Position numbers and translations under genes: made by a program. From Candidatus Bathyarchaeia archaeon (GTDB lineage Archaea > Thermoproteota > Bathyarchaeia > Bathyarchaeales > Bathycorpusculaceae), in assembly GCA_037481775.1 (NCBI GenBank), contig JBBFKZ010000001.1, positions 151,150 through 215,149 on the forward strand: a stretch of 64,000 bases of DNA. The letters run 5' to 3'. This document shows positions 55,343 to 64,000 of the stretch, piece after piece. The notes under the pieces are model-generated. The model was not told the origin of the DNA. It saw only the letters and a program-made list of their open reading frames with translations, and did no database searches. Positions within the stretch are counted from its first letter, which is position 1; the number at the start of each line of letters is the position of its first letter.

Positions 55343-56598
55343 TGCAGCGACGCTTAAGTCACGAACCCTCAAGTTTAGAAGAACTTAAAAAACTCGCGGA
55401 AGCAGCTGGCTACACTGTCGTCGCAGAAATAGAGCAACTGCGCGAGCCTGACGCCCGTTACCAGATAGGCGCCGGAAAAGTGGAAGAACTCGCGCGTCTC
55501 GTCAAGGAAACCGCTGCCGAAAAAATAATTTTTGACAATACGCTTAGAACAGTCCAAGCTTACAATTTAGCGAAAGCCACCGGCGTCGAAGCCATCGATC
55601 GTTTCAAGCTTATTCTTGAAATCTTCACGAAAAGAGCCACGACTACTGAAGCAAAACTGCAGATTCAGCTGGCGACGCTGCAGTATGAGCTTGCGCATGC
55701 TAAGGAGCGGGTAAGACTAGCTAAGCTGAAAGAGCAGCCGGGATTCATGGGGCTCGGCGCCTATGAAGCAGACGTTTACTACGAAGCCGTAAAAAGGCAG
55801 GTGCACACTATCCAGCGTAAACTCCGTAAAATACGAGAGAAACGGTTTCTGCACCGAGAAAGAAGAACCGAATTAGGTTTTTCCACAATTTCCTTAGCTG
55901 GATACACAAACGCCGGAAAAAGCTCATTATTCAACGCTTTAACAGAAGAAACAACCCATGTAGGAAACGCACTGTTCACGACGCTCTCAACAACAACACG
56001 GCTTGTCGAGGTTTCAAAGAGAAAGTTCTTGTTAACCGACACCGTCGGCTTCATAGATCGCTTGCCCTTGACATTAATAGAAGCTTTCCATTCAACCCTT
56101 GAAGAAACCATTTACTCCGACCTCATAATACTGGTGCTGGACTTAAGCGAACCAATAGAAACAATCGAAAAGAAAAACAACATCTGCCTAGAAACAATCG
56201 ATCACATCGGCGCAACAGGCATACCCATCATCACAGCGCTAAACAAAATCGACCTGTTAACTGAGGCTGAAGCTAAACAGAAATTCGACGCGCTAAAGGA
56301 CAAAACGAAGAACCCAATTCTTGTGTCGGCACTACATCGGATAAATCTCGACCAGGTAAAGAAGGCGATACTGGAAAAACTGGAAGATTATGTGCAAGCA
56401 TCTCTTTCTGTGCCGTTAACGCCTCAAACCATGCCCATAGTTTCTTGGGTTCACGAAAAAGCAGACGTAAAAAAAGCAAACTTCATGAATGATTCTGTAG
56501 AATTAATTTTTGAGGCAAAGCCTCTATTCGCTGAAAAAGTAAAAAAACGCGTGGAAGCTCTCAATGGAAAATTCGAGCAATTCTACAAATCCCAATAG
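55342..56598 (+). CDS. hflX: GTPase HflX
   Basis: G1 'GYTNAGKSSLFNALT', G3 'DTVGFI', G4 'NKIDL'. N-terminal HflX domain 'YQIGAGKVEEL'. Confidence 0.85.
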   Translation: MQRRLSHEPSSLEELKKLAEAAGYTVVAEIEQLREPDARYQIGAGKVEELARLVKETAAEKIIFDNTLRTVQAYNLAKATGVEAIDRFKLILEIFTKRATTTEAKLQIQLATLQYELAHAKERVRLAKLKEQPGFMGLGAYEADVYYEAVKRQVHTIQRKLRKIREKRFLHRERRTELGFSTISLAGYTNAGKSSLFNALTEETTHVGNALFTTLSTTTRLVEVSKRKFLLTDTVGFIDRLPLTLIEAFHSTLEETIYSDLIILVLDLSEPIETIEKKNNICLETIDHIGATGIPIITALNKIDLLTEAEAKQKFDALKDKTKNPILVSALHRINLDQVKKAILEKLEDYVQASLSVPLTPQTMPIVSWVHEKADVKKANFMNDSVELIFEAKPLFAEKVKKRVEALNGKFEQFYKSQ

Positions 56599-57157
56599 CA
56601 CCGAAAAGCAATCGCAGGAAATCGTTGTATTAAGATGGGGCCATAGACCACAGAGAGATGCACGCCTTACAACGCATGTAGCACTAACCGCACGGGCGCT
56701 GGGCGCTTCCGGGCTTCTGCTCTCCGACACGACGGACGAAAAAATAAAGGCAACCGTAGAAAAGATCACACGAAACTGGGGTGGAAGCTTCTTTTTTGAA
56801 ATGGGCATACCCTGGAAAAAGGCGGTAAGCGCTTGGAAAGCTAAAGGCGGCATAGTTGTTCACTTAACAGTTTACGGAGAAAACATACAAACAAGCGATG
56901 TTCTTAAAAGAATTCGAAAATCGGGTAAGCCCATCATGGTGCTTGTTGGAAGCCAAAAGGTTCCCAGAGAATTTTATTCAAAAGACGTTTCTGACTTCAA
57001 CATTGCCATCGGAAATCAACCGCACTCAGAATGTGCAGCGCTTGCAGTTTTCCTAGATCGCTTTTTTGAAGGAAAAGAACTAGCCAGAGACCTTGCAGAA
57101 GCAAGAATAACTGTGGTGCCTCAAAAAAGAGGTAAAAAAACAATAGTTAAACGTTGA
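56564..57157 (+). CDS. trm56: tRNA (cytidine56-2'-O)-methyltransferase
   Basis: 'VVLRWGHRPQRDARLTTHVALTARALGA' signature of archaeal Trm56 (SPOUT). About 20-aa N-terminal extension that overlaps hflX by 35 nt. Confidence 0.8.
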   Translation: MENSSNSTNPNSTEKQSQEIVVLRWGHRPQRDARLTTHVALTARALGASGLLLSDTTDEKIKATVEKITRNWGGSFFFEMGIPWKKAVSAWKAKGGIVVHLTVYGENIQTSDVLKRIRKSGKPIMVLVGSQKVPREFYSKDVSDFNIAIGNQPHSECAALAVFLDRFFEGKELARDLAEARITVVPQKRGKKTIVKR

Positions 57158-57224
57158 TTATTGCTTGAAACGTGAATAAGAGTTTTATTGTAGCATCGTA
57201 CTAATTATAGTAGGAAAACGGCCT

Positions 57225-57737
57225 ATGTTATCAACTGTTGATGATGCAATGTTAATAAAAGTTGCAACGGCGCTGGGCGATGAAGACGCCGTGAAACTAA
57301 TTGAGCATCTAAAAAGTGTAGACGAGATTACAGATGATGAAATCGCTAACAAAACAGGCATCCGACTAAACATAGTGCGCAAAATTCTCTACAAGCTTTA
57401 TGACCACTCGCTCGTAAGTTTAAGAAGAACTCGAGATCCCAAAACAGGCTGGTTCATCTTCCACTGGAAACTACAGCCAGACCAGCTTGAAGGCTTCATT
57501 TTAAGCCAAAAACGCCGCGTTCTGGAGAAGCTGAGCATTAGGCTGGAATATGAGAAAAACCATGACTTTTATTATTGTAACACCGAAGGCTGCAAACGAA
57601 TCCCATTCGAGGAAGCCGTGGAACTAGTTTTTCACTGCCCAACCTGCGGCAAACCATTAGTGCATTATGCAAATGAAAAACTTGTGCAAAATTTGTCAGA
57701 GAAAGTTGAGCTGTTGAGGAAGGAACTGGGTGAGTGA
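57225..57737 (+). CDS. tfe: Transcription factor E (TFE alpha)
   Basis: wHTH 'ITDDEIANKTGIRLNIVRKILYKLYDHSLVSLRR...GWFIFHWKL' and zinc ribbon 'YYCNTEGC...HCPTCGKPL'. Confidence 0.85.
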   Translation: MLSTVDDAMLIKVATALGDEDAVKLIEHLKSVDEITDDEIANKTGIRLNIVRKILYKLYDHSLVSLRRTRDPKTGWFIFHWKLQPDQLEGFILSQKRRVLEKLSIRLEYEKNHDFYYCNTEGCKRIPFEEAVELVFHCPTCGKPLVHYANEKLVQNLSEKVELLRKELGE

Positions 57738-58260
57738 AAAGCTTCCAACAAGGGAGCAAGCCCTACGGATTCTCCAAGAATATAAATGCTCCCCCGAAGT
57801 TATAGAACATTGCAAAGCAGTTTCCAAGCTTGCACTGGAAACAGCACATGCACTCAAAAGAAAAGGCTTCAACATTGACATGACACTGGTGGAAATAGGA
57901 GCTCTACTCCACGATATAGGCCGCTCTGTAACCCACACCGTTCATCACGCAGTCATCGGCGCTGACTTAGCGGAAAAAGCAAACCTCCCTAACTCAGTAA
58001 TTTCTATAATTAAACGGCATGTCGGCGGAGGAATAACCGCGGACGAAGCAGAAGCCTTAGACTGGCCAAGAGATGTTTATGTGCCAGTTACCCTCGAGGA
58101 AAAGATAGTTGCATACGCTGACAAGCTAATTGAACGCGCTGATGTTGCGCCCATAGAAGTAACCATCGAGAAACTTCGCCGAGAAGGGAAGCATGAAGCG
58201 GCTGAGAGGGTTCGCAAACTTTACGATGAAATAACAAGCCTCATGGGCGGCGATCCATGA
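57730..58260 (+). CDS. HD-domain phosphohydrolase
   Basis: 176 aa. 'HCKAVS...LLHDIGR...' HD motif. Overlaps tfe by 8 nt. Confidence 0.75.
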   Translation: MSEKLPTREQALRILQEYKCSPEVIEHCKAVSKLALETAHALKRKGFNIDMTLVEIGALLHDIGRSVTHTVHHAVIGADLAEKANLPNSVISIIKRHVGGGITADEAEALDWPRDVYVPVTLEEKIVAYADKLIERADVAPIEVTIEKLRREGKHEAAERVRKLYDEITSLMGGDP

Positions 58261-59042
58261 CAGCGCTGACGCTGCTGACAAAGGCCTACGGAACCAGCCA
58301 GCTACAACAAATCGATGAAGCCCTCAAACTGACGTTTCAAGGTTTAGCTGTAGAAACAAAAATTTTAGGCACAATAGCTGACGGCTGGGTACATATAGAG
58401 CTTACAGGCGAAGACGAGAAAATAGCAACAAACTACCTAATCAAGGAAATAGGCGTCTGCCCACGCACCCTCAGAAACCTTAAAAAATCTTCCACCTTGA
58501 AAGGATACCTATCAAACTTGACTGGCCAAAAGCTATTGGTGGACATAGGCGTTTTCGAGCCAAAAATCATTCCCGCAGTCATATTCATGCAGCGTTTGCA
58601 AGCGCAGCTTATGGCTGGAACCCTAGTTCCTCACGGAAAGCTTGCCGAACTCTTTGGTTTCTGCAAAGGCTTACCCTTGAATGTAAAGATAACTAGGTTA
58701 AGCGAAGCGGAAAGTTACATAGAAGCCGACTTGTCAAGTAAACAAATTGCCAATTATACGCTCTGGCGAGAATCACTGCTTGACAGACTAATTGTGCTAG
58801 GCGTATCTTTCAACGAGGTAAATAAGGCACTGGTGCATGCAAAATTGTACAGAGATGTTATCGATGTAGAATCTTTAGGGCTGCTTGAACATGCACTAAC
58901 ATGCAAGCTTGGAACCGACGCAGCAGGATTAATCCCAAAAATCGGCAGGATTCTGAAAGGAGCAACTTTTGCTGTTTTTGACGCAAAAAAGAATTATGAA
59001 CTTGAATTTAAAAAGCAAGATTTCCATTCATCCGTTAATTAA
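58257..59042 (+). CDS. Conserved archaeal hypothetical protein (DUF2110-like by recollection)
   Basis: 261 aa with a 4-nt overlap with the HD gene. The position after tfe and the HD gene matches an arrangement I recall as conserved in archaea. Confidence 0.4.
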   Translation: MTALTLLTKAYGTSQLQQIDEALKLTFQGLAVETKILGTIADGWVHIELTGEDEKIATNYLIKEIGVCPRTLRNLKKSSTLKGYLSNLTGQKLLVDIGVFEPKIIPAVIFMQRLQAQLMAGTLVPHGKLAELFGFCKGLPLNVKITRLSEAESYIEADLSSKQIANYTLWRESLLDRLIVLGVSFNEVNKALVHAKLYRDVIDVESLGLLEHALTCKLGTDAAGLIPKIGRILKGATFAVFDAKKNYELEFKKQDFHSSVN

Positions 59043-59084
59043 AGGCTTGCTGCTTTAGCATGTTCTCCAGCGACCGCCGCCTTT

Positions 59085-59720
59085 ATGAACCAGTTAACTG
59101 CTGATAATAGTCGAGTGTGCCTAAAGTACATGACTAATGGTGCCGTCTTTCCTAAAATCAAAGTAGTCGCGCTTGACTTTGACGGCGTAATCACAAACCT
59201 GAATGTTGATTGGGATGCCGCGCTTCATTTGGCATCCACTGCAGCTGGCTACAACATTGAAAACCTTATTCCTTTTTACGAAGCCACCTATGGAACACCA
59301 GTTTTTCAAAAAGCCAGCAAGTTAATCGAACAGCTTGAATTGGAAGCACTAAAAGACGCTGAGCTTGCACCTTACACAGTCGAGTTTCTGGAAAAGCTTG
59401 CCGAACTAAAGGTTGCCATTTACATAGTTTCAATGCAAAGCATGCACGTAGTAAAACAGTTTCTCAACAAACACGGCCTCTCAGCTTACATTAGCGATGT
59501 AGTAACTCGCGATAAATGTCCAAGCAAAAAAGCCCAAGTTCTCTATGTGCTGGAAAAATCCCGTGTTCGCCCTGAACAAGTTCTGTTGGTCGATGACTCC
59601 GCTGGCAACATCACCAATTGCAAAGTACTAGGAATAAGTTGCTTCCACTTTGAGAAACAACAAAACCCGCAAAAAACAAAGGAAATGTGGGATGCAATAC
59701 TGAAACGCGTAAGAGGCTAA
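59085..59720 (+). CDS. HAD-superfamily hydrolase
   Basis: 'VVALDFDGVITN' motif I and 'LLVDDSAGN' motif IV. ATG 59130 ('MTNGAVFPK') is an alternative start. Confidence 0.7.
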   Translation: MNQLTADNSRVCLKYMTNGAVFPKIKVVALDFDGVITNLNVDWDAALHLASTAAGYNIENLIPFYEATYGTPVFQKASKLIEQLELEALKDAELAPYTVEFLEKLAELKVAIYIVSMQSMHVVKQFLNKHGLSAYISDVVTRDKCPSKKAQVLYVLEKSRVRPEQVLLVDDSAGNITNCKVLGISCFHFEKQQNPQKTKEMWDAILKRVRG

Positions 59721-59782
59721 CAGCCTCCAACCCTTAAACAAGAGAGTAGCATTTAGTGGTGTATTCTTCAAAACAGCGAAAG

Positions 59783-59857
59783 TGGGCCGGGCCGGAGTTG
59801 AACCGGCGACCTCAGCCTCGTAAGGGCTGTGTCCTAACCAAACTAGACGACCGGCCC
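59783..59857 (-). tRNA. tRNA-Val (anticodon UAC), no intron, CCA not encoded
   Basis: Hand-folded. Acceptor GGGCCGG/CCGGCCC. D arm GUCU/GGAC. Anticodon arm CAGCC-CUUACGA-GGCUG. T arm GCCGG-UUCAACU-CCGGC. Discriminator A. Confidence 0.9.
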
Positions 59858-59971
59858 TCTTTTCTTTTCCCAATCTTAATAGGATTGCTTAAATAAGTTT
59901 TGAGCGTGGCAAATAAATATTTTATAATGCCTTATGGCTTTAGTAGTAGAACCAAGCCACGTAAAGGTGAT

Positions 59972-61051
59972 ATGTTGAAAAGAGTTGTCGTTACCGGCGC
60001 CGGCGGACCTGCAGGAATAAATTTTATTATGTCGCTTCGCGTTGCACCGGAAAAAATCTTCATTTTAGGCACAGAAGCCAATGAGTACTTCGTTCACTTG
60101 TCGCCTGCCGATAAGAAATATCTAGTTCCAAAGGCCAAAGACTCTGCATACATTGACAAGTTGAACGAGATCCTGCGAAAAGAGAAAGCCGACTTCTTGC
60201 ATGCTCAACCGGATGTTGAAGTGGAGGTTGTTTCGGAAAATCGTGAAAAACTAGAGGCAAACACGTTTTTGCCTTCGAAAGAAGCCGTCAAAACATGCCA
60301 AGACAAACTTAAATCCGCTGAAATCTGGATGAAAAAAGATGTGCCAGTAGCAAAAACCGTGGAGATACAGACAGAGCACGATGTTGAGCGGGCGTTTGAA
60401 GAGCTTGGAACCCCCTTGTGGATTAGAGCCCGCCATGGCGCCGGCGGCATAGGAAGCACCCCCGCGTACAATAGAGAAACAGCTCTTGCGTGGATAAAAT
60501 ATTGGAGAGCGCGAAACGCCAGTTGGGGTTTCATTGCACAGGAGACTCTTCCAGGAAGAAATGTGGCTTTTCACAGCATTTGGAAAGATGGCGAACTTGT
60601 GACGTCCATGGCAAGAGAACGAATTGAATACATATACCCGCATCTTGCTCCTTCAGGCATAACAGGCACGCCTGCTGTTCAAAGAACCATACATGACGAG
60701 AAAGTGAACAAGATTGCTACGGATGCGGTGCTTGCCATAGACCCGAATTTTAACGGATTAGCCTGTGTGGACCTGAAAGAAAACAGGGATGGCACTCCAT
60801 GCGCCACTGAAATCAATGCTGCCCGAATGTTCACAACATCCTTCTTCTTTTCCTTCGCCAGCAAAATTCTAAGAAAAGACCATTACGCCAACATTCCCTA
60901 CCTCTACCTTAAACTTGCATGTAACGAGAGCATACCTGAAATTCCCAAGTACAATATACTGCCAGAAGGCGTTTACTGGATTAGGCACATAGATGCACCA
61001 GCCAAGCTTGTGCAAAATGGCTACGTTATTGGAGAAATGTACCGCTGGTGA
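59972..61051 (+). CDS. ATP-grasp-domain protein (carboxylate-amine ligase-like)
   Basis: Start set at 'MLKRVVVTGAGGPAGINF', downstream of the TTTATAA box at about 59921. The track ORF begins at TTG 59900. The family call is from general pattern only. Confidence 0.45.
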   Translation: MLKRVVVTGAGGPAGINFIMSLRVAPEKIFILGTEANEYFVHLSPADKKYLVPKAKDSAYIDKLNEILRKEKADFLHAQPDVEVEVVSENREKLEANTFLPSKEAVKTCQDKLKSAEIWMKKDVPVAKTVEIQTEHDVERAFEELGTPLWIRARHGAGGIGSTPAYNRETALAWIKYWRARNASWGFIAQETLPGRNVAFHSIWKDGELVTSMARERIEYIYPHLAPSGITGTPAVQRTIHDEKVNKIATDAVLAIDPNFNGLACVDLKENRDGTPCATEINAARMFTTSFFFSFASKILRKDHYANIPYLYLKLACNESIPEIPKYNILPEGVYWIRHIDAPAKLVQNGYVIGEMYRW

Positions 61052-61057
61052 ATATCG

Positions 61058-62044
61058 ATGAAAGTATGGTATGACGCGTGCACAGGCAAACACATGCGCT
61101 ACGGCTCTGCGATAGCAAAAACACTCAGAAACCGCGGACACGAGGTAATATTAACTACGCGGCAACATCCTGACACTCTACAAGTCGCAAACTTCCTAAA
61201 CGAAAAACCCATTGTTATAGGAAAATATAACCCAAAATCTTTAGCTTCTAGACTTAAGGCTGGGCTTCAACGCCAGCTTTCATTCTGCAAATTATTCGGA
61301 AAAAATCCGCCTGACTTTGCTGTTTCGCATAGCTCTGTTGACCAAATAAGAGTGGCTTTCGGCTTAGGCATTCCAGTAATCGCTACCATCGACACAGTGT
61401 ACGCTGAAGCGGTGAACAGGCTTACTCTTCCACTCGCAGACTATATTGTGGCTTCTAAGGCTATTCCCGAAGAAGTTCTAAAAACCTACAGCGTTAAAGG
61501 CGAGATTATTGGTTTTAACGGCGTGGACGAAGTAGCTTGGATTAAGGATTTCACTCCTACAGTAGAACATGCCTTCAAGAACCCATTGATTGTCGTGCGG
61601 GAAGTCGAGGAAAAAGCCGCTTACACCGCGAAAAAATTTTCCTTAATGCCCATAGCGAAAAAGCTAACTCGCCTCGGAAATGTTGTTTATCTTTCGAGAT
61701 ACCACCGAAAAGAGATTAAAGACCTAATAGTTCCGAAAGGGTTTGTTGATTCTGCAAGTTTAGCCGCTCAAGCAGACTTATTCGTCGGAGTCGGCGGAAC
61801 CATTACCAGAGAAGCAGCATTGCAGGGGACACCAGCAATAATTATTGACTTTTACCAGAAGCAACACGTAAATGATTATCTGATGGAGAAAGGTTTCCCG
61901 ATTTTTAAGGCAACGCCCGCAGAAGCCTATCGCTTAGCTGAAACGCTTATAGGTAAAAAATGGAATGTCCACAGTAAGCTTCATGAACTCGAAAGCCCAG
62001 CAGATACAATTGAGCAGATAATCAGCCGAAAATTTAAGGGATAA
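61058..62044 (+). CDS. DUF354-like GT-B fold protein (UDP-GlcNAc 2-epimerase-like fold)
   Basis: 328 aa. N-terminus 'MKVWYDACTGKHMRYGSAIAKTLRNRGHEV' resembles the DUF354 N-terminus as I recall it. Confidence 0.45.
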   Translation: MKVWYDACTGKHMRYGSAIAKTLRNRGHEVILTTRQHPDTLQVANFLNEKPIVIGKYNPKSLASRLKAGLQRQLSFCKLFGKNPPDFAVSHSSVDQIRVAFGLGIPVIATIDTVYAEAVNRLTLPLADYIVASKAIPEEVLKTYSVKGEIIGFNGVDEVAWIKDFTPTVEHAFKNPLIVVREVEEKAAYTAKKFSLMPIAKKLTRLGNVVYLSRYHRKEIKDLIVPKGFVDSASLAAQADLFVGVGGTITREAALQGTPAIIIDFYQKQHVNDYLMEKGFPIFKATPAEAYRLAETLIGKKWNVHSKLHELESPADTIEQIISRKFKG

Positions 62045-62047
62045 ACT

Positions 62048-63067
62048 ATGCAGATTGAAGGAACGAATGTCTTGATCACTGGTGGCGCCGGATTCATAGG
62101 TTCGCATTTAGTAGATGAATACCTTAAAAATGGTGCAAACAAAGTTGTAGTTTACGACGACTTCTCAACTGGAACAACAAAAAATCTCGAGCACATAAAT
62201 GACAGTAGGCTAATAGTTACCAACGGTTCTATTCTCGACAAAAATCGCCTTTACAATATTTTAAGAGACGCTAAAATCAATATTATAGACCATCAGGCGG
62301 CAGAGCTTGAGGTGTACCGCGGAATAACAGATTCAGAAGCAGACGCATACACAAACATTCTAGGAACACTAAACGTATTAAATGCTGCATTAAAAAACAA
62401 AGTGGAAAAAGTATTATTCGCTTCTTCAGGCGCAGTTTACGGTGAAGCAAAATCACTTCCAATTGATGAGGATCATCCTTTAGAACCACATTGGCCTTAT
62501 GGCGTTAGCAAACTTTCCGCTGAAAAATATGTGCTGCAGTACCATAAGCTCTTCGGCTTAAACACAACTGCCTTCAGATATGGAATTGTCTATGGCCCAA
62601 GAGAATGGTTTGGCCGTGTCTTGACGATGTTCATCAAAAGGATATTTCTGGAAAACAAGTCGCCGGTCGTATTCGGCGATGGTGCTCAAACACGGGATTA
62701 CGTCTATGTGGGCGATGTAGTGAGAGCCCACATATTAGCGATTAAAAACTTTAGCGCTGACGGGCAAGTGTTTAACATAAGCAGCGGGCGGGGAATTTCT
62801 ATAGGTAATTTAGCAAAACTACTCGTTGAAATGTCAGGCAAAAATTTGGAAATTATATATGATAACCCCGAAGAGGGAACAGCTTCAAGCTTTCAGCCAG
62901 AACGCATCAGACTCAGTGGCGAATTAAAAAACTTTATCCTAGACCATCGCAAGGCTCAAAAAGTTTTGGGTTGGGCTCCAATTACCGAGTTGAAAGATGG
63001 CTTAATCAAGGAGATAGATTGGATTTTGAAAAATTCAGAAAGATGGAAAACAAAACCCCGAGTTTGA
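62048..63067 (+). CDS. NAD-dependent nucleotide-sugar epimerase/dehydratase (SDR)
   Basis: 'VLITGGAGFIGSHLV' and catalytic 'PYGVSKLSAEKY' (YxxxK). Confidence 0.85.
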   Translation: MQIEGTNVLITGGAGFIGSHLVDEYLKNGANKVVVYDDFSTGTTKNLEHINDSRLIVTNGSILDKNRLYNILRDAKINIIDHQAAELEVYRGITDSEADAYTNILGTLNVLNAALKNKVEKVLFASSGAVYGEAKSLPIDEDHPLEPHWPYGVSKLSAEKYVLQYHKLFGLNTTAFRYGIVYGPREWFGRVLTMFIKRIFLENKSPVVFGDGAQTRDYVYVGDVVRAHILAIKNFSADGQVFNISSGRGISIGNLAKLLVEMSGKNLEIIYDNPEEGTASSFQPERIRLSGELKNFILDHRKAQKVLGWAPITELKDGLIKEIDWILKNSERWKTKPRV

Positions 63068-63178
63068 GCAAAACGCATTCCAGCTTTAGGCTAAAAAATC
63101 TGCGTGCTTTTTCTGTCAAGAGTTTTTAAACTTAAAATAACACTATCGCAATTATGTGTTTTTCTGAGGGCTAAACAA

Positions 63179-64000
63179 TTGGAAGAACAAAAAGTGCTAG
63201 TCGTAGGTTTGGGCGAGATTGGTCGCCCGCTATTTGAATTGTTAAAAGAAAGTGGCCGCTTTCAAGTTTACGGTTTTGATGTTGACGAGGAAAAAATGTT
63301 GGAACTTGCGCAAAATGTAGAAGTGTTTCCTAATAAAGTGGACGTTATGCATATTTGCATTCCATATCAGTCGAAAGAAACCTTCATAGATGCTGTAGTT
63401 GATTATGCTAATAAATATCAGCCAAAGTTACTAATTATTAATAGCACGGTTCCGCCGAGAACAACCGTTGAAATCTCTGAAAGATGCAAATGTTTAGTTT
63501 CGCATTCGCCTATTTTTGGTACACATAAAAATCTAGAGTACATGAAATGGGAAATAAGGCGCTGGACGAAGTTGGTCGGCGCCGTTGATGCTGCAGCAAG
63601 CGAAGCTACATGCAAGCACTTCGCAAAAGCAAGGATTAAATGCAAAATTCTAAAAAGCCCGATAGAGACAGAGTTAGCTAAACTTTTCGAAACTATATAC
63701 TCCGCTTGGATGATCATCTTTTTCCAAGAGATGCATCGTATCTCAAAACATTTCGGAGCTGACGTCGACGCTATAGCCGGCGTTATTGAACAGATACACC
63801 GCGTAAGATTGGATAGGCCAGTATGGTATCCAGGCGTTATCGGTGGCCACTGCTTGATTCCTAATACTGAATTACTTCTTAAAAGCTATGATTCGGAATT
63901 TTTACGGTTGATTTTGAAGTCTAATGCGAGAAGGAAAGAAGAGATTAAGGACGGAGAGATTTACAGGGAGGTGGAGAAGGTTAAAATGAGGTGTGAAGCT
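63179..64000 (+). CDS. Nucleotide-sugar dehydrogenase-like protein, 3'-truncated by window end
   Basis: Not in the ORF track because no stop occurs before the window end. The frame is open from TTG 63179 (or GTG 63194) to 64000. 'KVLVVGLGEIGRPLF' Rossmann motif and 'YPGVIGGHCLIPN' Cys-containing motif. Confidence 0.55.
   Translation, partial: MEEQKVLVVGLGEIGRPLFELLKESGRFQVYGFDVDEEKMLELAQNVEVFPNKVDVMHICIPYQSKETFIDAVVDYANKYQPKLLIINSTVPPRTTVEISERCKCLVSHSPIFGTHKNLEYMKWEIRRWTKLVGAVDAAASEATCKHFAKARIKCKILKSPIETELAKLFETIYSAWMIIFFQEMHRISKHFGADVDAIAGVIEQIHRVRLDRPVWYPGVIGGHCLIPNTELLLKSYDSEFLRLILKSNARRKEEIKDGEIYREVEKVKMRCEA

Noticed and set aside
59628-59873. 81-aa minus-strand ORF covering tRNA-Val and the 3' end of the HAD gene.
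   Set aside because: It overlaps a canonical tRNA and a motif-supported CDS, and has no motifs of its own.
63418-63717. 99-aa minus-strand ORF near the window end.
   Set aside because: It lies antisense within an open plus-strand frame (63179..64000) that carries a Rossmann motif and dehydrogenase-like segments.

Overview
This is a gene-dense archaeal chromosomal segment with about 60 CDS, 2 tRNAs, and no rRNA, CRISPR array or obvious mobile element. The archaeal assignment rests on these genes:
- family-B DNA polymerase, TFE, MBF1, NAC, prefoldin beta and ribosomal protein eS6
- archaeal-type ThrRS and ProRS, and Trm56
- FBP aldolase/phosphatase, Fae-Hps and an AOR-type oxidoreductase
- a tRNA with a canonical 37/38 intron

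The gene content looks TACK/Bathyarchaeia-like, but the lineage cannot be fixed without database searches.

Most of the window is housekeeping. The accessory parts are:
1. A metal/redox cluster: CopB-type ATPase, ferritin-like protein and flavodoxin.
2. A membrane-anchored surface protein with a long heptad stalk.
3. A ribophorin-I-like type I membrane protein.
4. A compact type IV filament locus at about 22.5-29 kb. It encodes an ATPase, a platform protein split by one in-frame TAG, a small pilin, and an 892-aa pilin-headed protein carrying an 8-repeat propeller-like module.
5. Two nucleotide-sugar gene clusters.

Three reading-frame irregularities were seen: an A7-run frameshift in a regulator, an out-of-frame N-terminus of the pilus ATPase, and the in-frame TAG in the platform gene. 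These could be assembly errors, gene decay or regulated events, and only read-level data can decide.

A 52-nt intergenic element occurs twice, 16 kb apart. All functional calls come from motifs read by eye in the translations; no searches were run.
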